From IMG/VR virus record IMGVR_UViG_3300049844_000277, positions 36,520 through 100,519 of that record: DNA of 64,000 bases; one strand, 5' to 3'. Position 1 is the stretch's first letter, and every line of letters starts with the position of its first letter. Below the pieces are notes generated by a model. The model did not search any database. It was not told the DNA's origin and saw only the letters and a program-made list of their open reading frames with translations. A program made the position numbers and the translations under genes. This DNA is from a virus. Positions 43,224 through 52,619 of this stretch are shown here, one piece after another.

Positions 43224-44239
43224 TGCGCCCTCAACTGAAGCTTCAAATCCAGAGGAAGCGTATCGACTACAACAGCAAGCTTGGATTGGTCAACTTCACC
43301 CCCGGGTGCTACCTCATCTCGAAGTTCCTTGCCGCCTAAATCTTCCCAGAAAGAAGCGGGAAGCGCTGCTATCTTCTTCATCGGAACAAACGTACCACCC
43401 AAATCAACAGAATGGGCCGCCTGCTTTTCCGTATTGAACACCGTCCTCACGGCATCCGGAAGATTTCGGTCGTAGTGCTTATCTAAACCTGACTGCTCGT
43501 CGAGCTCCGCGAGAACCGACGCAAACTTCATCAAGCCTTTTCGATCAAAAATTTCTACAGGCTTCTGCTTCAAGCCGTCCGCCAAAGTTTGATACGCTAG
43601 CTTAAATACCTTCGCATCTTCGGGAAGCTTGTTTGCACGGGCCTCAACCCAATCCCGCGCGGTCTTCGTATTCGAGACTACGAGTCCCGCGAGTTGTAGG
43701 ACCTCAGGGCGGAGCTCGACGTTAAGCTCATCTGCTCGCTTCACCAACTCCGCGCAGGCCGAGACACGGTGCTCCATATCCAACTTGGGCAAGGACTCTA
43801 CCAGTTCTTCTTGTGCCCGCTTACACTGCTCAGGATTCGTCACACGAAACAGCCTAAGAGTTGGTAAAAGATATTGATTATCCTCCGAAGCTACCTTCGC
43901 CGTCTCCTCTTGGAAGATAGATTCAGGAACGGCGTATACCTCTAACGCCTGCGCGATATTCGCGCGTACCTCCTCAGGAAGCTCCGAAGCTACCTTTGAG
44001 TACGCGTAGCTCAGCATGGCGTGCTCAGGTGTATGAAGAGGAAATTTTCGCTCCGACGGCCAAGCAAAGGCCGAATCGGGAAGCGCATCAGCTTCACTCG
44101 GCTCTATCGTCGCCTGCTTAACAAACTCCTCCATAGCAGGCATACGGTTGATCTGCCGGTACAAGGTACCAAATGCGGTATCGGAAAATTGGTCAATCGC
44201 TGACATTGTTGACCTCTGCAAGAGAAGACGTCGCGTCAA
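43214..44239 (-). CDS. Hypothetical protein (341 aa).
   Basis: ORF overlapping the previous one by 10 nt, suggesting coupling. Confidence 0.5.
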   Translation of the reverse strand: MTRRLLLQRSTMSAIDQFSDTAFGTLYRQINRMPAMEEFVKQATIEPSEADALPDSAFAWPSERKFPLHTPEHAMLSYAYSKVASELPEEVRANIAQALEVYAVPESIFQEETAKVASEDNQYLLPTLRLFRVTNPEQCKRAQEELVESLPKLDMEHRVSACAELVKRADELNVELRPEVLQLAGLVVSNTKTARDWVEARANKLPEDAKVFKLAYQTLADGLKQKPVEIFDRKGLMKFASVLAELDEQSGLDKHYDRNLPDAVRTVFNTEKQAAHSVDLGGTFVPMKKIAALPASFWEDLGGKELRDEVAPGGEVDQSKLAVVVDTLPLDLKLQLRAHCR

Positions 44240-44251
44240 GAGTATAGGCGG

Positions 44252-45946
44252 ATGTTGGGAAGTGAGCCAGCATACTTCTTAAAGGATATCCAAAAAATGT
44301 CAAACCAGCCTGAACAAGAAAATGCACTCCAGAAATCGATGGTTTTCTGGGTGTCCCGCCGAGGAGCCTCTAACTACTGGGCCTCGGTCGTGAATGGAAT
44401 GAATAAGAGGTTCTCTAACGACGAAGGAACAATGTCGGTGCAGCTCACAGAGAACTGGAAATATATCCTCACCTGCCATCTTCCAGCGTTCGAATCGTGG
44501 TCGCCGAGAATGCGACTACTTGCTCTCGTTCACGAATGCGCTCACGTAGTTCTTCAGCACATTCCCCGGCTGTTCAAGATGTTGGCCAATTGTACAGACC
44601 CGTTCGTACGCACAGCCATCACATCGACGTTCAACTTCGCAGCAGACTTCGCGGCGAATGACGCAATCGTTCGACTTGAAGACGGATTCACAGAAGCGCA
44701 CAAAGCCTTCATGCACGTCAGTCCAGACGGAAAGCCGATTCCTCTCTCCAAAGAAGAAGAGGAGAAACTTCCCGGTGAATGGCCATTTCTTTTGCCAGAA
44801 GAATTTGGACTACCTCGTGGAAAGACAATGGAAGAGTACTTCGTGCTCATCCTCAAGGACCTCCCGAAGTTCAAACAACACGTCGAGGAGATGATGAAAA
44901 ACCTCGAACGTATTCTGAGTGAAATGGGGGAAGACTCCGAAGGAGAAGGAGAGGGAGAATCAGAGGATGGAAGTGGCGGCCAGGGAAAATCTCCCTCCCG
45001 TCGAAACATTCCACCTAAAGGGATTCCCGGCATTCCCGACGAAATCGTCAAGCACGCTCTCAACTCACCAGAGACCTTCGAGATGTTGCAGAAGGCCTTT
45101 GATAAGATTTCCAGTAAAGCACACAAGCAGTGGAACGAAAAAGCAAAGGAGATGACACCTGAGGAAGCAATCTCTGCGGGCAATAAGCTCAAGAAGCACG
45201 CGCAGACGATGGTCAGGGCCGCGAATGACCGCGTAAAGAGAGACCGCGGATTCATGCCCGGCGGAGTCCAGAAGATAATTGACGCGCTGATGGAGCCGGA
45301 CCAGATTCCCTGGGATTCAATTCTTCGAGACATCATTCACGGAGCAATAAGCGCTCGCGTTCAAGAGGAGATGGTCTCTCCGAATCTGTCTCTCATCAAC
45401 GAAGACTACTTGGAGCCGTGGCCTGGGCAAACATTGGAATTTGGCTTCAACATCACCTGGATGACCGATACCTCTGGTTCGATGGGTGATAGTGAATACG
45501 CGCGGGCGTGTAACTGCATGAACTCGCTGCTTGCGCAGAACAAGTTCGTATCCGTCACATACTGCGAGTGTGACGCCATCATGCAAAAGGAGGTGAAAGT
45601 CACAAACATCGAACCGCTCACAGAGGAATACTTGAGCGAGCTCCGTACACGCCGAGGATATGGAGGAACTGTCTATACGCCGTTCTTCAAGCGCGTAATG
45701 GGTGCGGATGAACCTCGGGATTGGATTGATGGCGCACCACGACTAGAGGATGCGCATCCCAAACCGGACTTAATGGTAATCTGCACGGATGGTGGCGTTC
45801 GTCTCATGGGAGAATGCTTCCCGAAGTATCGGCCAGAATGTCCCATCATCTGGTTGTTGATGCCAGGCTGCCATGCTACGACCGGAATGGATGATGTCGC
45901 GCCGGACCGGTTGATTCAGATGTATAAAATGCGGGAGGAGGAGTAG
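44252..45946 (+). CDS. Putative metallopeptidase-like (HExxH) + von Willebrand factor A domain protein. Likely partner of the MoxR ATPase.
   Basis: LALVHECAHVVLQH (HExxH). Acidic linker EDSEGEGEGESEDGSGG. MIDAS-like FNITWMTDTSGSMGD (DxSxS). This architecture commonly pairs with MoxR AAA+ proteins. Confidence 0.65.
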   Translation: MLGSEPAYFLKDIQKMSNQPEQENALQKSMVFWVSRRGASNYWASVVNGMNKRFSNDEGTMSVQLTENWKYILTCHLPAFESWSPRMRLLALVHECAHVVLQHIPRLFKMLANCTDPFVRTAITSTFNFAADFAANDAIVRLEDGFTEAHKAFMHVSPDGKPIPLSKEEEEKLPGEWPFLLPEEFGLPRGKTMEEYFVLILKDLPKFKQHVEEMMKNLERILSEMGEDSEGEGEGESEDGSGGQGKSPSRRNIPPKGIPGIPDEIVKHALNSPETFEMLQKAFDKISSKAHKQWNEKAKEMTPEEAISAGNKLKKHAQTMVRAANDRVKRDRGFMPGGVQKIIDALMEPDQIPWDSILRDIIHGAISARVQEEMVSPNLSLINEDYLEPWPGQTLEFGFNITWMTDTSGSMGDSEYARACNCMNSLLAQNKFVSVTYCECDAIMQKEVKVTNIEPLTEEYLSELRTRRGYGGTVYTPFFKRVMGADEPRDWIDGAPRLEDAHPKPDLMVICTDGGVRLMGECFPKYRPECPIIWLLMPGCHATTGMDDVAPDRLIQMYKMREEE

Positions 45947-45958
45947 AATAGGCGCACT

Positions 45959-46264
45959 ATGCCAACCGTCACTCCTCCAATAACTGATGACTCGGATTGC
46001 AGGGGCTACAAAGTACGATTCAACGAATCTTGGGAAGGGTCTATCTACAAAGCGAACCGTCATTGCTGGATGGCTACGCTAACCAAGAAACAGAAGAATC
46101 GCGCGCTTGTCATTCGTCCCGGAAAAAATTTTCCAAATCCTACGGAAGCGAAGAAATGGTGTGAAGAACAATTTGAACTAGAAGAAAAATCAGCGGTCCC
46201 ATACGAACAAAAACTTCGAGACGTACTCGTCGCAATCCGTAAACAAATAGAAGAAACCCTATAA
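45959..46264 (+). CDS. Hypothetical protein (101 aa).
   Basis: ORF. Confidence 0.5.
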   Translation: MPTVTPPITDDSDCRGYKVRFNESWEGSIYKANRHCWMATLTKKQKNRALVIRPGKNFPNPTEAKKWCEEQFELEEKSAVPYEQKLRDVLVAIRKQIEETL

Positions 46265-46265
46265 C

Positions 46266-46652
46266 ATGTCGCTATACAACTCGCTTTTCGGCCAAGAAAC
46301 TCTGGCCCCAGTTCTCCTAAACGCGCTGAACCTGTCTCGAGAAACCGTCGGAAGATATCGAGACTGTTATCTGGCGAAGGGGGAAGACTTAGGAATGCGC
46401 ATCATCGTATTCACGCGAAACGGTGGCGGTAATCGTGAAGACTACGAAGAAGTAACTCGCTATCTTCAAGCACATCCCCTGTACGTTCGCGACTGGGATG
46501 AAGAGTACGATTGTACTTACGCGTCGTACGAGTTTCGCGTACCAGAGTCGCTAGCCAAGGCCTTGGAAAAATTTGATGAGGAAGAACTCATGCCGCAGTA
46601 CGCACCGATGGAAAAATTCAAAGCGGTAATTGAGAAGCTCAACAGTCAGTAA
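46266..46652 (+). CDS. Hypothetical protein (128 aa).
   Basis: ORF. Confidence 0.5.
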   Translation: MSLYNSLFGQETLAPVLLNALNLSRETVGRYRDCYLAKGEDLGMRIIVFTRNGGGNREDYEEVTRYLQAHPLYVRDWDEEYDCTYASYEFRVPESLAKALEKFDEEELMPQYAPMEKFKAVIEKLNSQ

Positions 46653-46683
46653 CAGTCCTCCTCCCCCTCCCCTTCCCCCTCTA

Positions 46684-46721
46684 GGGCTTCTACGTACGCG
46701 TAGGAGCCCTTTCTTTTTCTT
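46684..46721 (+). terminator. Rho-independent terminator: 11-bp stem (gggcttctacg/cgtaggagccc, one G-U), 4-nt loop, then tttctttttctt.
   Basis: Seen directly, 32 nt after the stop of 46266..46652. It is preceded by a 26-nt polypyrimidine run (cctcctccccctccccttccccctc). Confidence 0.7.
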
Positions 46722-46728
46722 AGGTACC

Positions 46729-47331
46729 ATGGACCTCTACTGTCTTCGTGTTCGTAGGAACATCGCTGGACGTAAATTTCCCTTCGATAGAGTGTATCTC
46801 GCGAAATACGGGGATCACGTTATATTCAAAAGATTATTCAGGTATGCCTTCATCCTTCCCGTTGAAGGCGTACTAAAGGAAACGCTGTACTGTCTCCCCA
46901 TTGAAGACAGCATGACGCACGCATTCGACAGAGTAGAAACGCCTGAGAAAATTCCAGATGTAGAGTGGAAGACGCTCATCGACTCGACGGACTGGGTACT
47001 CGCGGTACCGATTCTATCGAAGTACGTGACCGCTAACATGCCGAGATATATTATTGCCAAGTCCACGGTGCCCCGAAGAGACAAGAAAAACTCTAACGCG
47101 TGCGCAAACCCGTTTCCAAACATGACGTACTTGCAGACACCCGAGCAAAACATTCGGCCAATATGTGTCGCATGTCCGAACTTTATCCAGCATCAGAACG
47201 GTCACTGCGAACTTGGAGATAAGCTCTGCTACGACTCTCTTTCCCTGGGAATCCGAAATCACTTTGAAGAAGGCATGATGGTTCCTCCTGCCCCGGAAAA
47301 AGAACAAGTGACTGAGGAGGGGAACGACTAA
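46729..47331 (+). CDS. Hypothetical protein (200 aa), first gene of the RT operon. The track ORF starts at 46630, but the upstream part crosses the terminator and is non-coding.
   Basis: First ATG after the terminator, in frame. The stop overlaps the RT start (TAATG). Cys-rich C-terminus: CVACPNFIQHQNGHCELGDKLC. Confidence 0.5.
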   Translation: MDLYCLRVRRNIAGRKFPFDRVYLAKYGDHVIFKRLFRYAFILPVEGVLKETLYCLPIEDSMTHAFDRVETPEKIPDVEWKTLIDSTDWVLAVPILSKYVTANMPRYIIAKSTVPRRDKKNSNACANPFPNMTYLQTPEQNIRPICVACPNFIQHQNGHCELGDKLCYDSLSLGIRNHFEEGMMVPPAPEKEQVTEEGND

Positions 47332-48467
47332 TGCCTGTCTACAAACAAAATTTCCTTGAGCGAATTGAAGTACGCGAGCCACTCATCAAAGGCGTACCCC
47401 TTATCGTCGATGACTGGAGTCTGGCATTCCAGCTAGGTTTTACGGGTAAGACCGCGTGGTACATCATCCATGAACGCGCCAGTATGTACCGGGAGTTCAT
47501 GCTGAAAAAGAAGTCTGGGGGTCTCCGTAGAACGTTTGATCCAACTAACCTCCTGCGCATTTTCCAGAAACAACTACGCGCACGCATTCTGTTCCCGCTC
47601 GTATCTCGCCTAGGTCCGCACGTAGCCGCGTATCAGGTCGGTAAGAGCACGCTTGATGCGGCAAACTGGCACCTGCGCGAGTGTAAAATCTGCGACGACA
47701 CGACCCGTCCCGGCACGAGTCCTGTGAAACATGAGTGTCCTCGACGGGGTGTGAAGTTCAAAATGGATTTGAAGGATTTCTTTCTATCGACTCGTCGGTC
47801 CTGGATACGACAGTATTTCCACGAAGTCGTCGGATACAATCACTACGTCTCGTCGATTCTGGGGCACCTACTGACGACGAGTTATAAAGATGAGCGGAGA
47901 AAAGACAGGAACGGCGTTCCGCCAGGCGCATTAACAGCTGGCGATATTTGTAATCTCATCTGTGATTGGAAGATAGATCAACCGCTTATGGCGGCACTAC
48001 CCACAGGCTGGAAGTACACACGGTACGCCGATGACTTGTATTTCTCGTACGACGCACCCCTTCCATCAAAAGAAGTAAACAAGATAATCCGACTAGCCTC
48101 GGACACCATCACCGGCTCCGGTTACCGGGTAAATTGGAAAAAGCTCCAAGTGCAACACTGGAGCCGGCCCCAGCGAGTACTAGGTATCAATATCAACAGA
48201 AAACTAAACATCCCTGCGACTGAGTACCGTCGAATGCACATGATTCTGTATAAAGCAAAGAAGCATGGATTCCAGGCGCAACTTACGTGGGCAAAGAAAG
48301 CCGATGTTCCGGAACTTCACGCCTGGATAACCGGCAAACTGAATTACTACGCGCGATTCGCACCAGATAAAACCAATAAACTACAACGGCTTTATCAAGA
48401 AGCGAAGGACGCGAATCCAAGCGAAGAGGCCGCGGTGTTCAACTTTGGAACCGGTGCAAACCCATGA
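47331..48467 (+). CDS. Reverse transcriptase (retron/DGR/group-II-like clade) with a Cys/His-rich insertion.
   Basis: - Motif 1: KKKSGGLRRTFDP.
- Motif 2a: AAYQVGKSTLDAA.
- Motif A: VKFKMDLKDFFLS.
- Motif B: VPPGALTAGDICNLI.
- Motif C: YTRYADDLYFSY.
- Motif 6: VLGINI.
- Thumb: GKLNYYARF.
- Insertion: CKICDDTTRPGTSPVKHECP. Confidence 0.85.
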   Translation: MPVYKQNFLERIEVREPLIKGVPLIVDDWSLAFQLGFTGKTAWYIIHERASMYREFMLKKKSGGLRRTFDPTNLLRIFQKQLRARILFPLVSRLGPHVAAYQVGKSTLDAANWHLRECKICDDTTRPGTSPVKHECPRRGVKFKMDLKDFFLSTRRSWIRQYFHEVVGYNHYVSSILGHLLTTSYKDERRKDRNGVPPGALTAGDICNLICDWKIDQPLMAALPTGWKYTRYADDLYFSYDAPLPSKEVNKIIRLASDTITGSGYRVNWKKLQVQHWSRPQRVLGININRKLNIPATEYRRMHMILYKAKKHGFQAQLTWAKKADVPELHAWITGKLNYYARFAPDKTNKLQRLYQEAKDANPSEEAAVFNFGTGANP

Positions 48468-49840
48468 ACATGTACACGGTTTGCCACGCGTACGATGCAC
48501 GTAACGCAAGGTCAGATGCACTTGCGCTTTTGTTCAATACTCCCGACACTAAAAAAATAGCAGGAATCCCTGAGCTCTCCGAAATATATCCCAACGGATA
48601 TTTCGTCACTAGTATCTCCGACATAAAATCAGGAGACCCCTACAGACACTCATACTACCAAAGACAAAGATACTCCCACAATCCTGCTCCTTACACGATG
48701 GTATCCATTTTCGCTACGTACCCCCGTCCAGATGAGGCAAAACTAAACAGCGAAGATATTTGCTTCTTCGTAAATGGAAAAACATATCAGGTTAATCTAC
48801 GTACCCGCTACAACCACTGCCTGTCGTTGTTCAAAGCGGTAGGTTGTGCGCAATGCCCTGATAACGGGCTCCCCTGCGTATCCCAGGAAGCCGAAGAGCT
48901 AATCGAGCTTGATAAGAAACTCACCGACGCCGAAAGGCCTGTGTATTTCAACGAGACAGCGTTCTCGAACAATACCGAGTTCTTGAACGATATCGACGAC
49001 ATAGAGTTCTTAAAGTACCTACAAAGAAAGCACCCGTCCCTCGGTGACTTCAAACTTGTCAAACCCGGATCAACAAGTCCACGTTCGTTCCATAGTACTT
49101 TCCGCCCGTACTGGGACCACGACTTTTCGCTAGTTCCACGTAATGAAAAAGAAAAGTCAGACGCGGCATCTCGAGCAGCACGGACACGTAAGTTCAAGAA
49201 GGAAGAATGTCCTCAGTGCGTCATCAAAGATAGCTGCTCGAATGCATCCCGGTGTGATGGTAGATATCCGCCACAGGAGACGATTATCAAGCAGGCGAAT
49301 GCGGAGCTTACTGCGGCGATAGCCGGGTCGATACTTCCCGAGTGGGCGATATGGGAAGTTGCTCGAGGCGCGGGACAAACAGCAAAACATTCCAGGTGGC
49401 ACATCATGCTCACCGGAATACTATTAGACCGATATGGAAATGGGTCTCTCCGCGCTACAGTTCACCGCGCAAAAACAGACATCGATGAGTACAAAAGACT
49501 CAATACGTACGAAGAAATCGCTGAAGTATTTAACTTAGCGAAAACGGAAAAAGATGTGCCGCCCGAGCGTGGACCACTGAGGAGCTTTGAGCTCCGCGCA
49601 GTTTGGTGGTTGGCGCTTCTTGCTCGCTCAACCGCTCGAAGGGCTACAGGTTGGGGAGGTTCCCGGTACGTCGTAAGTATCGGTGTAGATGAGAAGACCG
49701 GTATCTCGCTCGAATGGACAAACGGGCGAGATATATCCCACTGGCACAGCAACAATCTACGTAAGATTGAAGATGTATCGAGGTGCCTCACGCCGAATAG
49801 TTTGTACGGCGTAGCTAAGGAACAATTCGTTCAGCGGTAG
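48464..49840 (+). CDS. Hypothetical protein (458 aa) translationally coupled downstream of the RT.
   Basis: Start overlaps the RT stop (ATGA). Cys clusters (CAQCPDNGLPC, CPQCVIKDSCSNASRC). No family recognised. Confidence 0.55.
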   Translation: MNMYTVCHAYDARNARSDALALLFNTPDTKKIAGIPELSEIYPNGYFVTSISDIKSGDPYRHSYYQRQRYSHNPAPYTMVSIFATYPRPDEAKLNSEDICFFVNGKTYQVNLRTRYNHCLSLFKAVGCAQCPDNGLPCVSQEAEELIELDKKLTDAERPVYFNETAFSNNTEFLNDIDDIEFLKYLQRKHPSLGDFKLVKPGSTSPRSFHSTFRPYWDHDFSLVPRNEKEKSDAASRAARTRKFKKEECPQCVIKDSCSNASRCDGRYPPQETIIKQANAELTAAIAGSILPEWAIWEVARGAGQTAKHSRWHIMLTGILLDRYGNGSLRATVHRAKTDIDEYKRLNTYEEIAEVFNLAKTEKDVPPERGPLRSFELRAVWWLALLARSTARRATGWGGSRYVVSIGVDEKTGISLEWTNGRDISHWHSNNLRKIEDVSRCLTPNSLYGVAKEQFVQR

Positions 49841-50918
49841 GACACACTTCCTGGTACGCAAGGAAGGCTTCTGTATCTGCGAGGAGGGCGGCCGACTGAG
49901 CTTCGTCGGCTGCTCTCTTCGCTGTCGCCGCTTCGGCGGCAGCCGTATCTGCGTCTTTCTTTTTTTGGCTCGTAATGGACACTTCACCGAGCTTATTAGT
50001 ACAGGTGAGCGCCATATCGCTTCTAAACGCTTCGAGGACTGACTGTCCGTTCGTAACTTCATCCACGACCGCTGCATCCATGGCAGTCTTAGCGGCGTCC
50101 CAGATGGCTTTCGCGCTGGTGTAGGCGCTCTTTGCGGCGTCGTAGGTAGCATTATCTGCGGTACCTGCTCGATAGGCGTCGGCCACACTAACGAACGTAG
50201 TAACTGCGTTGGTGTAGGTAACCGACGCTGAAATAAAGTTGTTGACGCTTGCCCGGTACGTGCTAATAGCCGTGTTCCCGGAGTTGAAGCGCCCCAGCAT
50301 CGCGCTACACTTCTGGCTCTCACTTAACGCCGTGACGTTGTCTTCGTTCGCCGCTGAAGCTGCGGCTGCGGTTACGGTAGCGTCCGTCGTTGCTTCGGCT
50401 GCCGTCACTTTGCTAGCCAGGTACTCGGCGTGCGCCGTAGTGTACTCGGACTCCCGTTCCGCAACGATGCCCGCGGTGAGGGGCATTGAAATCGTCGAGT
50501 AGTCTGGCGGCGAGGTAAGAGGCGCCAAAAACTGCTCGTTGTAGGTATGCCAATCGGCAATCAGATTGTCGACACGTTGTTGAATGAGAAGCTTGGCGCT
50601 CGAGGCCGTAGCAATGTCATCATAAACAACCGTGAAGTTCGTGCTGAGATAAAGGGTCTGATTTAAGCCGACCGCCGTTTCTCGGCCTAAGGACAGCGTC
50701 GTCAAATCAGCTACGTTAGCGACGCGAAGAAAAGTATCTGACTTTGGATCAACTGAGTTAACTATCTGATGGACAAAAATATTTGACGTGTACGGAGAAG
50801 GCCCGTATAGGGGGAGATCTCCTGCCTCGACCGAGTCGATGCTCGAATCAATCTTGAAGCGTTGAATACTAGCTTCGTCGAGAAATACAGTGCAACGTTG
50901 TCCAAGAGTGGTAGGCAT
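49815..50918 (-). CDS. Ala/Thr/Ser-rich hypothetical protein (367 aa), possibly structural or fibre-like.
   Basis: ORF. Composition (TVTAAAASAANEDNVTALSE...) suggests an extended or fibrous protein. Weak evidence. Confidence 0.45.
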   Translation of the reverse strand: MPTTLGQRCTVFLDEASIQRFKIDSSIDSVEAGDLPLYGPSPYTSNIFVHQIVNSVDPKSDTFLRVANVADLTTLSLGRETAVGLNQTLYLSTNFTVVYDDIATASSAKLLIQQRVDNLIADWHTYNEQFLAPLTSPPDYSTISMPLTAGIVAERESEYTTAHAEYLASKVTAAEATTDATVTAAAASAANEDNVTALSESQKCSAMLGRFNSGNTAISTYRASVNNFISASVTYTNAVTTFVSVADAYRAGTADNATYDAAKSAYTSAKAIWDAAKTAMDAAVVDEVTNGQSVLEAFRSDMALTCTNKLGEVSITSQKKKDADTAAAEAATAKRAADEAQSAALLADTEAFLAYQEVCPTAERIVP

Positions 50919-50945
50919 TTTTTGTTTTTCTTGTTTCCCTTGTTC

Positions 50946-51395
50946 TTACGGCACCGTAACGGCGGTAGTGCCAATCACGAACGAGGTCGCGATTATATCA
51001 TACTCTTGCGCCAAGCTCGTCAAGCGTGACTCGATGGTCGCCGCAAAGTCGATAGCCTGATTCGCCGCAGTATACAACTGGGTAACAGTGTTTTGTCGGT
51101 AAAAGGGAATGGCGGGCGTTGCTACGTCGGGATACGTCTGCACGTCAAGCACGGTGGCTATATGGTCATAGAGGCCGTCGCTGTACCGGTACACAAACAC
51201 AGCGTCATCGATATTAACCGTACTGGTGACCGTAGCCGCAACGCTGTATTGCGCCGGTGGACCAGTAATCGTCGACTGAACCAGATTGTACGTGATGCTA
51301 GTAGCGGCCATGGTGCTCCCAGTATAGGCCGCACATCTATCCATGTCTAAACAACTTCGAATCGGCCTTTGGGATGTGCAGAAGACCATCCCCAT
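50946..51395 (-). CDS. Hypothetical protein (149 aa), Thr/Val-rich, possibly structural.
   Basis: ORF co-oriented with the previous gene. Confidence 0.45.
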   Translation of the reverse strand: MGMVFCTSQRPIRSCLDMDRCAAYTGSTMAATSITYNLVQSTITGPPAQYSVAATVTSTVNIDDAVFVYRYSDGLYDHIATVLDVQTYPDVATPAIPFYRQNTVTQLYTAANQAIDFAATIESRLTSLAQEYDIIATSFVIGTTAVTVP

Positions 51396-51427
51396 TCTCT
51401 ATTTCTACCGTGTAAACCCCCGAACTG

Positions 51428-51937
51428 TTGATGACGACAAACTCAGATTATTGGCTGAGATGGGCAAGCGCCCAAGGAGCTACGATGCCGGCACACTCCC
51501 GAGGTCAAAGTCAAAGTCAAATCCAAAACCCAAATCTGGACGTGTTTCTAGAAGGTGACGTATATACGACGAATTGTCGATGCTCTGATTGTGGGAACAA
51601 TCACAGGAAAACAGAAAGAAAAGAATATTACTGGGCCACGGTCTCGAACTGCCACCGTGAATTAGCTCGAGCAGCAGAGGTTTACACGGCGGTCTGGGAG
51701 CCGAACACGGCGGGGTCTACCGTCGCAAAGCAGCTCATCGTTCCGCTGACCATCGGCCTCGCGGAGCTTGAAGTTCATCCTGAAAAATTTGAGAGCATCG
51801 CTCGTCGAAGCGTGTGTGCTCCGTACGGGGGATATCAATCCTTCGTGCATTTCATCCAAGGCTATCTGCAAGCGTGCATCGAGTACCCTGACGCCACCGT
51901 GCGGGTATCTACGCATAATTGGGGGCTACGTGATTGA
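51428..51937 (+). CDS. Hypothetical protein (169 aa) with a CxxC pair.
   Basis: ORF. CRCSDCGNNH. Confidence 0.45.
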   Translation: MMTTNSDYWLRWASAQGATMPAHSRGQSQSQIQNPNLDVFLEGDVYTTNCRCSDCGNNHRKTERKEYYWATVSNCHRELARAAEVYTAVWEPNTAGSTVAKQLIVPLTIGLAELEVHPEKFESIARRSVCAPYGGYQSFVHFIQGYLQACIEYPDATVRVSTHNWGLRD

Positions 51938-52250
51938 TCTAATCGAGCAGCTAACTCGGCAGAAGGAGTTCTCTCTTAGGACCTTTGGGCCCGGCGATTC
52001 ACGCGAGAGATTCGCTGGATTGCGGGAGCATATTGAGAAGGAACTGAGAGAGCTGGAGTCCGCCCCGTACGACTTGGAAGAGTGGATAGACATCATCTTG
52101 TTGGCGCTGGACGGCGCATGGAGGACCGGCGCAAGTCCAGCAGAGATAATCGCAATGCTCCAATACAAGCAACGAAAGAACGAAGAAAGAAAGTGGCCCC
52201 GCTGGCAAGACGTTTCGTTTGAGCGAGCGATGGAACACATCAAGGACTAA
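51930..52250 (+). CDS. Hypothetical protein. The track ORF 51768..52250 overlaps the previous gene by 170 nt; a GTG start at 51930 is proposed.
   Basis: A GTG overlaps the previous stop (GTGATTGA). The downstream part has ordinary protein-like composition. Confidence 0.35.
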   Translation: MIDLIEQLTRQKEFSLRTFGPGDSRERFAGLREHIEKELRELESAPYDLEEWIDIILLALDGAWRTGASPAEIIAMLQYKQRKNEERKWPRWQDVSFERAMEHIKD

Positions 52251-52275
52251 CTGCGTAGTATCCCTCCCCACGACT

Positions 52276-52614
52276 ATGTCTGACTGCTCTTCTTCTTCCC
52301 TTCCCTCCCCTTCTTCCCTTCCCTCTTCTTCTTCCCCTTCTTTTGACGCCGACATTCTGGCCGATGCCGAATCACGCGAGTACAACGAGTTCCTTCGCCG
52401 CGCTTACCTCCGCCGACGAATAGATAAACCTGGCTCTCGGTTAATCGGATACGGCGGCATGCCGAAGAATGACCAGCAAGCGAGATTCGGGCCCGCGATT
52501 TGGGAGTTTACGCCGGAGATCGCCAATATGGCGGCGCGGTATGCTTCTTATGTGCAGGGTCGGTACCTCCGATATCTCCGCGTCCGTCTTCCCCCACGAC
52601 ATCGGGAGTCATAG
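52276..52614 (+). CDS. Hypothetical protein with a Ser/Pro/Leu-rich N-terminus encoded by a 58-nt polypyrimidine tract.
   Basis: ATG at 52276 chosen over the track start at 52219 to avoid overlap. Composition is unusual, so the coding call is doubtful. Confidence 0.3.
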   Translation: MSDCSSSSLPSPSSLPSSSSPSFDADILADAESREYNEFLRRAYLRRRIDKPGSRLIGYGGMPKNDQQARFGPAIWEFTPEIANMAARYASYVQGRYLRYLRVRLPPRHRES

Positions 52615-52619
52615 TCACA

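Noticed and set aside
46630-46728. 5' extension of the track ORF 46630..47331 (MRSSTVSNSPPPPPLPP...).
   Set aside because: It crosses the polypyrimidine run and the strong terminator hairpin at 46684..46721. The poly-Pro translation is an artefact, so the start was moved to the ATG at 46729.
47331-48467. Group II intron interpretation of the RT.
   Set aside because: The RT ORF is translationally coupled to coding genes on both sides. There is no flanking non-coding space for intron domains I-VI. No maturase/En domains recognised.
52500-52619. N-terminal extension of the Prim-Pol ORF (track start 52500).
   Set aside because: It overlaps the upstream ORF by 115 nt and has low-complexity composition. 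An ATG at 52620 with a GGAG RBS immediately precedes the conserved domain.
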